A stretch of 64,000 nt of DNA, from positions 19,790,464 to 19,854,463 of the forward strand of contig NC_043011.1 of assembly GCF_006345805.1 (NCBI RefSeq). The letters are read 5' to 3'. The notes under the pieces were generated by a model that saw only the letters and a list, made by a program, of their open reading frames with translations, was not told the origin of the DNA and made no database searches. Below, in pieces: positions 63,721-64,000 of this stretch. Source of the DNA: Octopus sinensis (lineage: Eukaryota). Every line of letters begins with the position of its first letter. The first letter of the stretch is position 1. The position numbers and the translations under genes are program-made.

Positions 63721-64000
63721 TGCATAGTTCACAAGTATTATCAACTATAAAGATGGAATCATGTCACATAAATTTTGATTGATATTAGGTAAATGAATGA
63801 TCATGAATCGAAATGTATATCATATAGCAAATTTACATACAGTTTATCAATTATGGTCTTTCTTAGTTATAGTATTACCTCCAAGCTCTTTCTTTCATAA
63901 ATGAATGGCCAGCATGATAGCAGCGGCTTGAAGATCCACCACGCTAATTAAAAGGAGACCATAGTTCATACCTGTCTGACTTTCTCCTAAGCATTGTCAA

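Overview
This is AT-rich, microsatellite-dense eukaryotic DNA, intergenic or intronic. The SINE, mariner and LINE repertoire looks like an octopus/coleoid cephalopod genome, which is my inference from recalled repeat families. I found no intact host gene, and most listed ORFs are translated (TA)n/(CA)n/(GATA)n tracts or antisense shadows. Main contents: (1) a near full-length but frameshifted L1/Tx1-clade LINE on the minus strand (~40902-47196), sitting in a (GATA)n tract inside an older SINE, plus a decayed relative at ~22830-24060; (2) a Penelope-like RT/GIY-YIG relic; (3) RTE and R4/Dong-type LINE fragments; (4) four mariner relics; (5) several MITE/foldback palindromes; (6) at least three tRNA-derived SINE families. 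The most interesting signals are a tRNA-headed, (AAT)n-containing small element ending in a minimal type I hammerhead ribozyme (one copy with a 10-bp TSD, one as a head-to-head palindrome), further hammerhead motifs, and a SINE whose 3' tail matches the Tx1 LINE's 3' end. All alignments and folds were done by eye, so boundaries are approximate.
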